This document shows, in pieces, positions 25,170 through 38,512 of a stretch of DNA of 64,000 nucleotides (position 1 is its first letter; the number at the start of each line of letters is the position of its first letter). The DNA lies in assembly GCA_030390025.1 (NCBI GenBank), contig CM059452.1, forward strand, positions 8,804,001 to 8,868,000, in the 5' to 3' direction. This DNA is from Squalus acanthias (taxonomy: Eukaryota). A program made the position numbers and the translations under genes. A model generated the notes under the pieces. It was not told where the DNA came from and made no database searches. It worked only from the letters and a program-made list of their open reading frames with translations.

Positions 25170-27434
25170 CTGCAGGATTAAAATGGGAGAATGTTATTTA
25201 TTTGGCTGCTGTTTACCCGGGGACACTTGTCAATCAGAGGAATAGTTCTGCCTCTCGCGCTAATGCTATTCACCGGCGTGGGGTGGGGGGGGGGGGGGGG
25301 GGGGGGGGGGGGAGAGGGGTATTTACGCAGTGAGCCGTTGTGATCTGGAAATGCACTGCCTGAAACAGTGGTGGGAGCAGATTCAATAGTAACTTTCAAC
25401 AGGAAAGTGGAAAAGGAAAATGTGTCAGGGCTATGGGGAAAGAGCGGGGCGAGTGGGACAAATTGAATAGTTCCTTCAAAGAGCCGCACAGGCAAGGTGG
25501 GCAGAATGATCTCCTTCTCTTCTGTATCATTCTGTGATTTCTATTGAATTTCTGTTTTTATTTTTCTTGTTGAAAGATAAACCCGAAAAAAATAATAGTC
25601 CATTCTCCTCCTCACTGAGACAACGAGATTCCAATGATGTTTGACCGAGAGTAACCCGGCTGTGTAATGTCACTGCGCACAGAAAGATCCAACAGAAAGC
25701 AGTGAGATTCATCAGCACCGATTGAGCCAAACTAACACTGAAAATATGTGGGTCAAAGGTCAATCTTTTATGCAGTTTAATACTTCACGGGAGCTCCTTT
25801 CTGCCTCTCGCTCTATTTGTCTCTTCTTCCATCGGTGGTGCCCGTTTGTTCCATTTCACTTTAATTTGAATTATTTACAGTAGTTTTATTTTATTTCTAC
25901 ATCTGGGTCGCTCACTTTGTGCTGTTTGCGGTTTTTTGCCAGCCTGAGAACTTGTCACAAAGTCTCTTAGTTATCGGTTGGGTTCAGTCTGTGCAGTTTC
26001 CGCAGTGGTTTTACTGTTACTCACTGGGAACTGGCTCTTCCGGCTCTCTGACAACTTCAATTCCTTCAGCCCATTGGCTGATTCTCTCCCGTGTTCTCCG
26101 GGCGGAGTTTTCTCTGAGATTTACATTGTACTGAATCTGTAGAACGGGAACAGGCCATTCGGTCTGTGCCGGTGTTTATACTCCACACGAGCCTCCCCCC
26201 ACTCTAATTACCTCTTACCTCCCTGACCCCTGTGTCCCTCGATTCCTTTCTCCCTCCTGTATTTTTCAAGCCTCCCCTTAAATGCATCAATTATATCTGG
26301 TCCATCTGCTCCGTGTGGCAGCGAGTTCCACATTCTGACTCCTCTCTGTGTGAATGAATTATTCCCAATGTCTTTATTTGTTCTGTTAGTGACTATCTTA
26401 TATTTGTGGCCCCTTGTTCTGGACTCACCCACAATGGAAACAGTTTCCCCACGTGCCCCCTATCGAACCCCTTCATCATTTTAATCACCTCCATCAGGTC
26501 TCTTCGTTTTCTTCGCTTTTCCAGAAATGTGTGGATTGCTGCTGATGTCTCTTCTCTCAGGAGTGTAAGAAACCAAAGCTGAGAAAAGGGCCGGTCCCAA
26601 TCGCAGCCCGTCCCTCCAGTAAATCTCACTGCCCCGGTGTCGGATTGTGCTTTGAACGGCCCAGGGACCGGTGTCTCCACACCCCCGCCCGGCCGGTGAA
26701 GTCCGATATTTCTCTCCCTTTCGATGAATGATTTCTTGCTGGTTCTAAATGGGCTTCCCTCCAGTCTGTACTTGTTCGCTCGGGTGTTCCTGCTCTCCTT
26801 TATAGGAACATTAGAACCTCGCCCTCACTCGCTCACTGCCCAGTGTTGTTTCAGTTAACAGTAACCAGGGATACAGATAAATTACTGCAATCCGATCTCT
26901 CAAACATGAACATTAATATTACACAGCATTACACAGAATGTAGAGCACAGAAACAGGCCATTGGGCCCAATCGATCCATGTTGGTGTTACTGCTCCACAC
27001 GAGCCTCCTCCCACTCCTACTCCATCTCACCCCATCAACAGATCCTTCTATTCCTTTCTCCCTCACCTACTTATCTAGATTCCCCTTAAATGTATCGATG
27101 TTATTCGGCTCAACGGCTCCTTGTGGCAGCGAGTTCCACATTCTGACCACTCTCTGGGGAAATAAGTTCCTCCTGAATTCCCTATTTGAATGATTAGAAA
27201 ATATATAACAATATAAATAATATAGAAAAGTATCTTTAGTTCGAAGCTTTTACATTTCGACTTAGACGAGAACCGTGGAGGAAAAATGATTGTTTATATA
27301 AAAGCAATTCCAATAAATGTCAGACACAGTACAACTAATTTCAGTCACTGAATGTTCAATAATGAAATGCCATCTAGACCTACAGGCGGAACTCTTGTAT
27401 CTGAAGCCCCCCGTGTTGGGCTCCAGATTTTCTG

Positions 27435-27676
27435 CCGCTGCAGATATCGGACCGGCCGCTGCAGGTATCGGAGGGGCCGCTGCAGATATCGGACCGGCCG
27501 CTGCAGGTATCGGACGAGTCGCTGCAGGTATCGGACGAGTCGCTGCAGGTATCGGACGGGTCGCTGCAGGTATCGGAGGGGCCGCTGCAGGTATCGGACG
27601 GCAGGTATCGGACAGGCCGCTGCAGGTATCGAACGGCAGGTTTCGGACAGGCCGCTGCAGGTATCGGAGGCCGCTG
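27435..27676. repeat. GC/CpG-rich ~21-bp minisatellite (GCCGCTGCAGGTATCGGACGG), about 11 copies
   Basis: Directly visible; lies in the intron between the J and the supporting V. Confidence 0.93.
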
Positions 27677-28173
27677 GAGTGTTGGGTTCACTCTCCCGGT
27701 AGCTCATTCACACTGCCCGGCTCGGACTGCAATCTCCTACCCAGGACAGAGCTCTGTGACCCCCTGCCCTGCTCACAGGGACAGACTGAGCTCCCTCAGT
27801 CACAGTTAACACCGAGAATGGAGGCCGGAGTGTCGACAATCTGCGCTCATTTAAACCAACTGGGGATCAGAGTGAGAGAGAGTCCGGGCACCTCATGGGA
27901 TCCACGAGGTACCAGTTAAACGAATGATGCTCCAGATGGGGTCAGACCCTCTCGAATGGGTTCTGACACCTCCTCTCTCCGGACTCACACAGGTAGTCGA
28001 CAGCCGGTTCATATTCTGCTCCCCAATCTAAAACCGCAATGAACTCCCCCCACCCTTAAAAAAACGCTCTGTTTTATTTTGAAGAGATGGAGGTGATACT
28101 GATCACAATAATAAACTGACGGTGAACATTAACCGGGACAGTCTGTCACACGGCGGGGTTTGGAGTCACTTAC

Positions 28174-28221
28174 CGGCTGTGACAGTCACCACCGTCCCGG
28201 ATCCATCCACATAATAATAAC
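28174..28221 (-). CDS. NAR-TCR J segment (YYYVDGSGTVVTVTA)
   Basis: GxG-T-x-V-T-V motif of IgNAR type, with D in place of F/W. Phase-1 donor GTAAGT. Upstream RSS at 28222-28260 is GGTTCTTGT - 23 - CACTGTG. Confidence 0.92.
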
Positions 28222-28577
28222 CACAGTGACACCGCTCTCGGTCACCCCGGTACAAGAACCACCGACACCTCAATCTGCCGGACACACATCACCAGACAGT
28301 CGGCGCTGCCCAATTATTCCAGGGATCAATAAACAATATTCCGTGTTCCACAGTCCCCGTCGGTTCAAACTGTTGTTTGTGAGAATCTGAGCTCTCAGTA
28401 AAATGGCCCAGGAACACGGGCCAGAGATGGGCTCTTCATATAAATGGAGAAAATTGCAAAGAAAGATAACTGAAAGCAGGAAATTACAATGAAATTAAAC
28501 TAGATTACAGCGATAATAAGATCAAACCTACAATTCAGGTTCCGGGCCCGGGGAATTTTATATTTTCATTGTACACA

Positions 28578-28605
28578 GGAATTTGCTCAGGTCTTATCCA
28601 CTGTG
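28578..28605 (-). promoter_or_regulatory. Apparent 12-RSS of the NAR-TCR V
   Basis: CACAGTG-GATAAGACCTGA-GCAAATTCC (nonamer 6/9); no nonamer at 23-bp spacing. Confidence 0.7.
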
Positions 28606-29085
28606 AGGATCCAGTAAATTGATCTGTGTACCCAGCTTTACAGTAATAGGTGGCGCTGTCTTCAACTCGCACATCCCGAATTTCCAGCCAAAATTTATTT
28701 TCTGCCGTATCCGTCCTCACAAAAAATTGCCCTCCGCTCCAGATCCGCTCCCACTCTGTCCCGGTCTGGGTTTGTCTGAAGAAATGTCCATTGCGTAAAG
28801 AATAACCACCATAGAAAACACAGGTGATGGTGAGGGACTGACACTCCTCCCTGGTCACCGCTGGCGGGGTCTGTGTCACTGAATTACTGAAAGAGCCTGG
28901 AAATTAAACAAAGAGAGTTTAATTGGCCATCAGAGCCGAACCACACAACGGGGCTAAAATCCAGACTGTGTCTGCAATTTGATGGACCCGGGCAGCTTTA
29001 TATTAAATCCACACAATGTCGGTTTGTTTGAACGGTACTCACGGGGTAAACAGACACACAGGGTGAAAACAAGGAGGATTCCCAT
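28606..29085 (-). CDS. NAR-TCR (IgNAR-like) V segment 1 (leader 29085-29043, V exon 28896-28606), intact
   Basis: Leader MGILLVFTLCVCLP. V reads VTQTPPAVTREECQSLTITCV...EWERIWSGGQF...LEIRDVRVEDSATYYCKA. Short FR2/CDR2 region as in vNAR; extra FR1 Cys. Confidence 0.92.
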
Positions 29086-29104
29086 CGTTCTGCTGCCTGG
29101 AGCT

Positions 29105-29125
29105 GATGGTTTATATGACGGGGAG
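29105..29125 (-). promoter_or_regulatory. NAR-TCR V promoter: CRE half-site next to a TATA box
   Basis: CCCCGTCATATAAACC ~25 bp upstream of the ATG; identical in the paralog at ~63463-63478. Confidence 0.6.
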
Positions 29126-31387
29126 CTGGAGACTGCAGCCTTGGACTGTTCTGGGGGACTGTACCTCAAAGCTAGACTTTATTGGATCGAGGTAATTAGC
29201 ACAGGGCGGTGCCCCGGTGAACATTGATGGGCCTCACGGTTCCCGGATCTCTGGCTGTGAGTTGTGTGAATACGCGACAGGTTTAAATAATGAAATTGCA
29301 GTTTTCTGGGGCTTCATTGGGTCTCTGAACCCGATGTGAAAGCCCCTCCCACATTAGTCTGATATACAGGGTGAAGTTGTTCTGTCAGCAGAGACTGCCG
29401 CCCGCCTTTGCCCCACAGTAATAAGCTGGGAGGTCGGTTCATGTGTTTTATTGTGTGGTGTTTATTGAGGGTGGAATGTGGGCCCAGGACACCGGCAGAA
29501 TCCCCCGCTCTTATTCCAATAGTGCCGGGGATTCTTTAACATCCTGCTGAACGGGCTGGAGACCTCGGTTAAACGTCTGATCGAAGGACGGCTCCACCGA
29601 CCCTGCAGCACTCCCTCAGTCCAGCAACTGAGTGTCAGATTATAACATGAGACAGTCCAGGGCCATTTTCAATATACAGGCAGATATAGATATTGTACAC
29701 AAAGATTAAATCTCTCTGTAATTTAAACAAATACTTCCTGCACCGCCCCCTTCTATGGTTTCCAATTAAAAGATGTTTCAATTAACTAATGATTGATTTC
29801 AAGGTCTCTAATATTCAGAGTTTCCAGGTGCAGTGACAGAGAATGAAGCGTTTCTCGGAAGGCAAATCGACATTGCAGGAACTTTGTGCTTGGGGCTTGT
29901 TTTAAAGAGCACAGTCACTACATTGTGAAATCTATTCATTTTGCATAAACTGCCTCTGACCCAGCAACATACTCTGATCAAATAAACCATTGTACAGGCC
30001 GCGATCAAAGGGTCCGGGACACTAACAGGGGTGATGTGCAAAGGGCCGCACAATATTGAAGGCAGGCACGGAAAGGACATCAAAGGACAAAAGGCGAGTT
30101 AAGGGCCGCAGATGCACTGTAAGTCACACAATGCGTCACAGAAACATGGCCGACTGTACGTCACACAAAGATGGCCGTGTTGGACAGAGCCTTCAATCGT
30201 GAGCTCAGCACCGCCGGATGGGCTGCCGCAGGGTCCTAAAGACCTGTAAAATCATAAATTGGCCTTTTTTCAGCCCCACGCAATACAGCTGCCCATCTGA
30301 CATTTTAAATAACCTTTGCCTGCCCACCGATTCACAGTTCAGCATGGAACTGAACCGAAAAGTTAATACCTGTGATGAGGTGTAGGGCGGGTCCTCGATA
30401 ACAAGAGCTCAACACCAGCAGGGCGTGAAACACTCCTTACAACTTTCACTCATATCAGAAAAGGATGTGGCGCAGAAAATTAAACGCAATACAGGCGGTT
30501 TCAGTTTGTTTTTCACCCCTTTAACATCGATCTCCGTCATCAGTACAGTTAATGGATTCAGAAATCAGTTCTCAGGTTGTGCCTTGCATTCACATTTTAA
30601 TATTCCTTTCCCCATCTTCCACACCCTTCCACTGACTGGTGCTGCCCACTGGTTAGTACCAGAAATCAATCCTTTGATATGATGGGTGTCTTTTTGTGAT
30701 GATTATTGCCCGACGTACAGACCCAGCCCATTGTGGCAAGTGGATTTCAAATATTAATTTTGAATTCATTCCAGCATTTGCACAACTATTGGAGAATCAG
30801 CATTTAACTCAAAGCCCCTTGGTCTGATCCACAAAAGGAATATTGAGACCTGACGCCCTCTATGGATATTCTGAGAACTGTTCAGATGTCGGTGGACAGG
30901 GTGAGAAATCCTGTTTTTATTCACTGCCCTGTCTGCAGTTCCTGTTTTTGGGAAGCTGGGTTGGTGCTGCTGAATAAATGTATAGAGAAGCAGCAAAGGT
31001 TTTACATCGTTAAACTAAAGACTGGAAGGCGGAAGCTCACAGGATTATGAGTGAAGAGTAGAGACAAGATATGAGAAGGGACAGGCAGGCAAGGAAAGGG
31101 CATCGAAAGACAAAAGGGGAGGTAAGGCGCCAGATTGGATTTGTGAAGGTATTTTAAAATTATAAATGGGTGTAAATAATCACCAGGCAATATCATTGCG
31201 CCAGTGGACCTCACCAATTGTTGAGTGTTTTGTTTTGTTGTCCTTTTAAGAAGGTTCCTGTGACTCTCACTGTGGAGGCTGAATTGTCGCTTCTGTTTAT
31301 CGGGGTGAGAGCGCCCTCTGGTGAGTGTTAACTGGAACTCTCAGTGTGTGATTTGTCCGGGATTCGCTGTATCTCTGCAGCAGTGTC

Positions 31388-31852
31388 GACTCCATGGAAC
31401 AGAAATACAAGGCGGTGTCGGAGATCAGGGCTTTGCCGATCGTTAGCTCGGTAATCTTGGTAATTTTATTAAACGTAGAAGAGAGTCTGTCAGTGAAGTC
31501 GGGGTTCCCGTTTACTATTTCTGCAATAATATAAACCACATACTGTGGAGGCTGCCCGGGGTGCTGAATGTACCAGAACACAACAGGGTTAGGGCAGCTT
31601 GTTTTTAAGGTGCAGGTTAGAGTGACATTACTTTCCTCTTCAACTGTAATTTCAGGGACCGGCTGTTCCACTGTGTCTTACTGGCTCCATCCTAAAATAA
31701 AATAATAGCAATTGTCACCATCATCATCAACATCATTTTTTCAATAATAACATCTGAGTTACAGCAGTCGGGGGAGATGGGTTTTCACTGGGAAGGAAAG
31801 ACTTACTGAGAAGTGATATAATGATGAGGAGCGGTGCGAGTCGGTTTCGCAA
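31388..31852 (-). pseudogene. TRAV/DV: TCR V pseudogene (ATG>TTG, TAA near exon start, heptamer GACACTG)
   Basis: Leader 31852-31807. Exon from 31691 reads WSQ*DTVEQP...LTCTL...FWYIQ...DTALYFC. Paralog of 58756-59238. Confidence 0.9.
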
Positions 31853-32646
31853 GATGTCTGTAACTCTGCAGTCCGGGAAATCCTCTGTCGGAGCAGAAAT
31901 ACAGATCCCCGCCCCACTGCACTGCTGATCCAACCAATGCCAAACAGGGAACAGCGGCAGCAATCTCTCCAATAACACAGAGTAGGCAAGGCGGGTCAGA
32001 GCGAGAGCAGCAAACCGAAGTTGTGGGCGGGGCTGCCGGGGCAATGTTGTCACACGTGGGATCCACCTGTGAGGAACTGAATTCAATAATAATGTCCCCT
32101 TCGGAAATGATAGAACGATGCCTCTCGATAAGGGCTGCGTTACTTTCACATTCGTTGCAATTTCGGGGCAAGTAGACTCGTGACAGGAATTGTAGGATTA
32201 TTTTATTATTCAATAGTTAACGAAATCTTCATCAGTGAAGTGGGTTAAAACCACAGGCTGAAGCTAGCGGTGGGAAATGAAACAAAACGGCAACAGATCC
32301 CAAGGATCTGCAGGCGAACAGATCATTAACACTTCACTAACTTTTGAATGTATTATACTGTAAGGAATTGCATAACATTAATGAGCAGAAATATTAAATA
32401 AAACGGAATTTCACGTTAATTTATCTTGAGGAAGTGTCAGTCGGTATTGGTTGATGTAAGGTGCCCGGCGGTGCAAATCCGCGCTCTGTCAGCGCTACCT
32501 GGTGGCCGGGTTTAAAGTAGCTTCTTCAAGCTGATCTCGCAGAACACGGTTTCTGTACGAGGTGAGAAGAGGCTCTTCTCACTGCGGGCCTCAGTACACA
32601 GTAGTACACGGCGCTGTCAGCGAGCTACAGCTCAGTCAGGGTGAGT

Positions 32647-35600
32647 CATAGAGTCATAGAGTTATACAGCACAGAAAGAGGCCCTTCGGCCCATCGTGTC
32701 CGCGCCGGCCATCCAGCCCTGTCTATTTTAATCCCATTTTCCAGCACTTGGTCCGTAGCCTTGTATGCTATGGCGTTTCAAGTGCTCATCTAAATGCTTC
32801 TTGAATGTTGTGAGGGATCCTGCCTCTACCACCCTTTCAGGCAGTGAGTTCCAGATTCCAACCACCCTCTGGGTGAAAAAGTTTTTCCTCAAATCCCCTC
32901 TAAACCTCCTGCCCCTTAGCTTGAAACTATGCCCCCTGGTTATTGACCCCTCTACTAAGGGGAAATGTTCCTTTCTAACTACCGTATATATGCCCCTCAT
33001 AATTTTGTACACCTCAATCAGGTCCCCCCTCAGCCTTCTCTGCTCTGAGGAAAACAACCCCAGCCTGTCCAGTCTCTCTTCATAGCTGAAGCGCTGCAGC
33101 CCAGGTAATATCCTGGTGAATCTCCTCTGCACCCTCTCCAATGCAATCACATCCTTCCTATAGTGTGGCGACCAGAACTGCACACAGTATTCCAGCTGTG
33201 GCCTAACTAGCGTTTTGTACAGCTCCATCATAACCTCCCCGCTCTTATATTCTATGGCTCGGCTAATGAAGGCAAGTATCCCATATGCCTTTTTAACCAC
33301 CTTATCTAACTGTCCTGCTGCCTTCAGAGATCTATGTACATGCACGCCAAGGTCCCTCTGATCCCCTGTCCTTCCTAGGGTCCTACCATTCATTGTGTAT
33401 TCCCTTGCCTTGTTAGTCCTCCCAAAATGCATTACCTCACACTTTTCAGGGTTAAATTCCATTTGCCACTGTTCTGCCCATCTGACCAACCCGTCTATAT
33501 CGTCCTGTAGCCTGAGACTTCCCTCCTCGCTATTTACCACCCCACCAATTTTCGTGTCATCTGCAAACTTACTGATCATACCTCCTACATTCATATCTAA
33601 ATCATTAATGTACACTACAAACAGCAAAGGACCCAGCACCGATCCCTGCGGTACACCACTGGACACAGGCTTCCAGTCACAAAAACAACCTTCGACCATC
33701 ACCCTCTGCCTCCTGCCACTAAGCCAATTTTGGATCCAATGTGCCAAGTTGCCCTGGATCCCATGGGCTTTTACCTTCTTGACCAGTCTCCCATGTGGGA
33801 CTTTGTCAAAAGCCTTACTGAAGTCCATGTAGACCACATCAACTGCACTACCTTCATCCACACACCTAGCCACCCCCTCAAAAAATTCAATCAAATTGGT
33901 CAGACATGATCTCCCCCTGACAAAGCCATGCTGACTATCCTTGATTGATCCTTGCCTCTCCAGGTGGAGACTAATTCTGTCCCTCAGAATTTTTTCCAAC
34001 AATTTCCCTACCACTGATGTTAGGCTCACTGGCCTGTAATTCCCTGGTTTATCCCTACTACACTTCTTGAATAATGGTACTACGTTAGCTGTCCTCCAGT
34101 CCTCTGGCACCTCCCCAGTGGCCAGGGAGGTTCTGAAAATTTGTGTCAGAGCCCCTGCAATCTCCTCCGTTGCCTCACACTGCAGCCTGGGATACATCTC
34201 GTCTGGGCCTGGGGATTTATCCACTTTTAAGCCTGCTAAAACCGCTAGTACCTCCACCTTCTCAATACTAATTTGTTCACGTATATCACAATCCCCCTGC
34301 CTGATTTCTATGCCTACATCGTCCTTCTCCATAGTGAGCACAGATGCAAAATATTCATTTAAAACCCACCTACATCTTCCGGCTCTACACACAGATTGCC
34401 ACTTTGGTCCCTAATGGGCCCTACTCTTTCCCTGGTTATCCTCTTGCCCTTAATATACTTATAAAACACCTTGGGATTTTCCTTTATTTTGCCCACCAGT
34501 GTTATTTCATGCCCCCTCTTCGCTCTCCTAATTTCTTTTTTAAGTACCCCCCTGCACTTTCTATACTCCTCTAGGGCTTCCACTGTTTTTAGTCCTTTGT
34601 ATCTGCCAAAAGGCTCCCTTTTTTTCGAATCCATTCTCGTATATCCCTTGACATCCAGGGTTCCCTGGGCTTGTTGGTCCCACCCTTGACCTTTACGGGA
34701 ACATGCTGCCGTTGTACTCTCTCTATTTCCTTTCTGAAAGACTCCCACTGCTCTGATGTGGATGTTCCAAGTAGCTGATTCCAGTCCACTTTGGCCAGAT
34801 CCTGCCTTATCATATTAAAATCGGCCTTCCCCCATATTCGAACCTTTATCTCCGGTCCATCTTTGTCCTTTTCCATGACTACCTTAAATCTCACCGAGTT
34901 AAGGTCACTGTCACCAAAATGCTCTCCTACTAACACTTCTTCCACTTGCCCGGCTACATTCCCAAGAATTAGGTCCAGTACCGCCCCCTCTCTTGTAGGA
35001 CTTTCTACATGCTGGCTCAAAAAGCTCTCCTGGATGCACTTTAAGAATTCCGCGCCCTCTAAGCCTTTCACATTCTGACTATTCCAGTTAATATTGGGGA
35101 AGTTGAAATCCCCTACTATTATTACCCTATTATTTCTACACATCTCTGAGATTTGCCTACATATCTGTTCCTCTCTCTCTCCCCCTGACTGTTTGGGGGC
35201 CTATAGTACACTACCAGCAAAGTGCTTGCCCCCTTTTTGATTTTAAGTTCTACCCATATGGCCTCATTAGAGGAACCTGCTAAGGTGCCACACAAAAGAT
35301 TATTGCTTAAGGTAAAAAATCACGGGATTGGGGGTAATATTCTGGCATGGATAGAGGATTGGCTATCTAACAGAAAGCAAAGAGTTGGGATAAATGGTTC
35401 ATTCTCAGACTGGCAATCAGTAACTAGTGGTGTTCCACAAGGGTCAGTGCTGGGTCCCCAACTCTTCACAATCTATATTAACGATTTGGAGGAAGGGACC
35501 AAGTGTAACATATCAAAATTTGCAGATGATACAAAGATGGGAGGGAAAGTAGTGAGTGAGGAGGACATAAAAAACCTGCAAGGGGACATAGACAGGCTAA

Positions 35601-38512
35601 GTAAGTGGGCAGAGATTTGGCAGATGGAATACAACACTGGAAAGTGTGAGGTGATGCACTTTGGCAGGAAAAATCCTAGAGCAATTTATTATCTTAATGG
35701 CAAGAAACTGGAGAGTACTGAAGTGCAAAGGGATCTGGGGGTCCTGGTGCACGAAACTCAAAAGGTTAGTATGCAGGTGCAGCAAGTGATTAAGAAGGCA
35801 AATGGAATGTTGGCTTTCATTGCTAGGGGGATAGAATATAAAAATAGGGAGGTATTGCTTCAGTTGTACAAGGTATTGGTGAGACCGCACCTGGAATACT
35901 GCATACAGTTTTGGTGTCCTTACTTAAGGAAAGACATCCTTGCTCTCGAGGCAGTGCAAAAAAGGTTCACTCGGTTAATCCCGGGGATGAGGGGGTGGTC
36001 ATATGAGGAGAGGTTGGGTAGATTGGGACTCTACTCATTGGAGTTCAGAAGAATGAGAGGCGATCTTATTGAAACATATAAGATTGTGAAGGGGTTGGAT
36101 CGGGTGGATGCGGGGAGGATGTTCCCGATGACGGGTGAGACGAGAACTAGGGGACATAGTCTTAGAATAAGGGGCTGCTCTTTCAAAACTGAGATGAGGA
36201 GGAACTACTTCACTCAGAGGGTGGTAGGTCCATGGAATATGCTGCCACAAAAAGCTGTAGAAGCTACAACATTAATTAAATTTAAAACAGAAATAGACAG
36301 TTTCCTAGAAGTAAAGGGCATTAAGGGTTACGGGGAGCGGGCAGGAATTTGGACATGAGTCTAGGTTCGGATCGGTCATGGCCCTGTGGGTAGTGGAGCG
36401 GGCCCAGGGACTGTGTAGCCTGATTCTGCTCCTATTTCGTGTGTGCAATTCTGTTAGATGCAGGAGATGGTTCTGTGATAGATAGTAGATTGGCGGTTAG
36501 GATCAGATCAGCCATGATCTTATTGAATGGCGGAGCAGGCTCGAGGGGCCGATTGGCCTACTCCTGCTCCTATTTCTTATGTTCTTATGTTCTTATATCA
36601 TCCCTCCTTACAGCAGTAATTGACTCCTTGATTAATATTGCGACAGCCCCTCCTCTTTTACACCCCCCTCTGTCTCGCCTGAAGATTCTATACCCCGGAA
36701 TATTGAGCTGCCAATTCTGCACCTCCCTCAACCATGTCTCTGTGATAGCAACAATATCATACTCCCACGTGTTCATCAACACCTTCAATTCATCTGCCTT
36801 ACTCGCAAGACTCCTTGCATTAAAATAATTGCCATCCAGCCTTGCCATACTCCCTTGTGCCGTTACATATTTACTCTGCCTTCCAGGCTGACTTGTTTTT
36901 TGCTCTATATTTGGCTGTGCATCACCCCCTACTATAGCTCCACTCCGTATCCCATCCCCCTGCCAAGTTAGTTTAACCCCCGCCCAACAGTACTAGCAAA
37001 CCTCCCCGCAAGGATGTTGGTCCCGTTCCGGTTCAGGTGCAACCCGTCCAACTTGTACAGGTCCCGCCTTCCCCAGAAGCAGACCCAGTGATCCAGGAAA
37101 CTAAAGCCCTCCCTCCTGCACCAACTCTTTAGCCACGCATTCATCTGCTCTATCCTTCTATTCCTATACTCACTAGCACGTGGCACCGGGAGTAATCCAG
37201 AGATTACAACCTTTGAGGACCTGCTTTTTAATCTGCTACCTAGCTCCCTAAATTCTTGTTGCAGGACCTCATCCCTCTTTCTACCCATGTCGTTGGTACC
37301 AATGTGAACCACGACCTCTGATTGTTCGCCCTTCCCCTTCAGAATGCCCTGCAGCCGTTCAGTGACATCCTTGACCCTGGCACCAGGGAGGCAACATCCC
37401 ATGCTGGAGTCACGTCTGCGGGCCACAGAAACGTCTATCTGTTCCCCTTACGATCGAATCCACTATCACTATTGCTCTCCCACTCTTTTTCCTCCCCTCC
37501 TGTGCAGCTGAGCCTCTCGTAGTGCCACGGACTTGTCTCTTGCTGCATTCCCCTGAGAAACCCTCTCCCCCATCAGTATCCAAAACGGAAAATCTGTCGG
37601 AGAGGTAGACGGACCAGGGGACTTCTGCACTACCTTCCTAGTTCTTTTACTCTGTCTGGTGGTCACCCATTCCCTGTCTGCCTGTGCACTCTTTACCTGC
37701 GGTGTGACCACCTTGTTAAACGTGCTATCCACGAAGATCTCAGCTTCGTGGATGCTCCACAGTGACTCCAGCCGCAGCTCCAGCTCCGAAACGCGGATTT
37801 CGAGTAGCTGCAGCTGGAGACACTTCCTGCACATGTGTTCGCTCTGGGCACCTAAAGTGTCCCTGATTTCCAACATAGCACAGGAGGAGCACTCCACGTT
37901 GCCGAGCTGCCCTGCCATGTCCTACCCTTAATTTACTCCCTTTAAATTAAAGAATATTAAATACACTAGGGACCTTACTTCCCTTTAAACACTACTTACT
38001 CCAAACTAGAGACCTTACTTTTACTTTAATGACTAGAATGTAGAAATACTGTAGAAATACTCACCGCTGGTTCTCTGTCCCCTCTTGTGCAGCTTTTTAG
38101 CTCCTGCTCTCCTGGAAGTTAACAAAGATGGAAAAAGAAAGGAACACCTCCCTCCCCGCACTCCCTCACTCAACAAACTCGCAGTTTAACACTCTGTTCC
38201 GATCTGCACTACGTGACAAACTGCACTCTAGCCTCCCTTGTTTATACTGCTGAGATTTAAATAAGTGAGCTCTCTGGCAGTTACAGAACCAGATTAGACC
38301 TCTTAATTAATTAATTACTCTCACCTGCTCTCCAGCACAGAGCTTGCTTTGCCCTGCCCAAGCCTGGAAGAAACATAAAACTTGAAACAGTAAATTTAAA
38401 TGCTAATTGCAAGCACACAAGACTAGAATTTATAACAATAAGAGATTAACCTTTAAGATTTACTCCCTCACTCACCAAACTCGTAGTTTAACACTCTGTT
38501 CCGATCTGCACT
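32647..38512 (-). mobile_element. Near full-length CR1 LINE (5' UTR, ORF1 zinc-finger plus SGNH esterase, ORF2 APE plus RT), frameshifted
   Basis: ORF1 pieces at 37918-36968 (CSSC...CRKC, VVHIGTND, DGLHLN). ORF2 has YFNARSL...AITETWL, GDFNFP and FADDTK. (CTATGACT)n tail at ~32645. Confidence 0.95.
35283..36594 (+). mobile_element. 5'-truncated CR1 nested in opposite orientation inside the endonuclease of the host CR1
   Basis: Uninterrupted RT C-terminal ORF. Host frame RRDDI|LAGSSNEAIWVE rejoins across it. Same subfamily as 55198-58200. Confidence 0.93.

Noticed and set aside
28261-28577. Possible D segment between the NAR V and J
   Set aside because: CACAGTC and GTTGTTTGT occur, but not with matching partners at 12- or 23-bp spacing.
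28590-28628. Nested 23-RSS CACAGAT - 23 - GATAAGACC at the usual V end of NAR V1
   Set aside because: Heptamer is 5/7 and nonamer 5/9, and it is absent from the paralog. Probably chance, though it could be scored.
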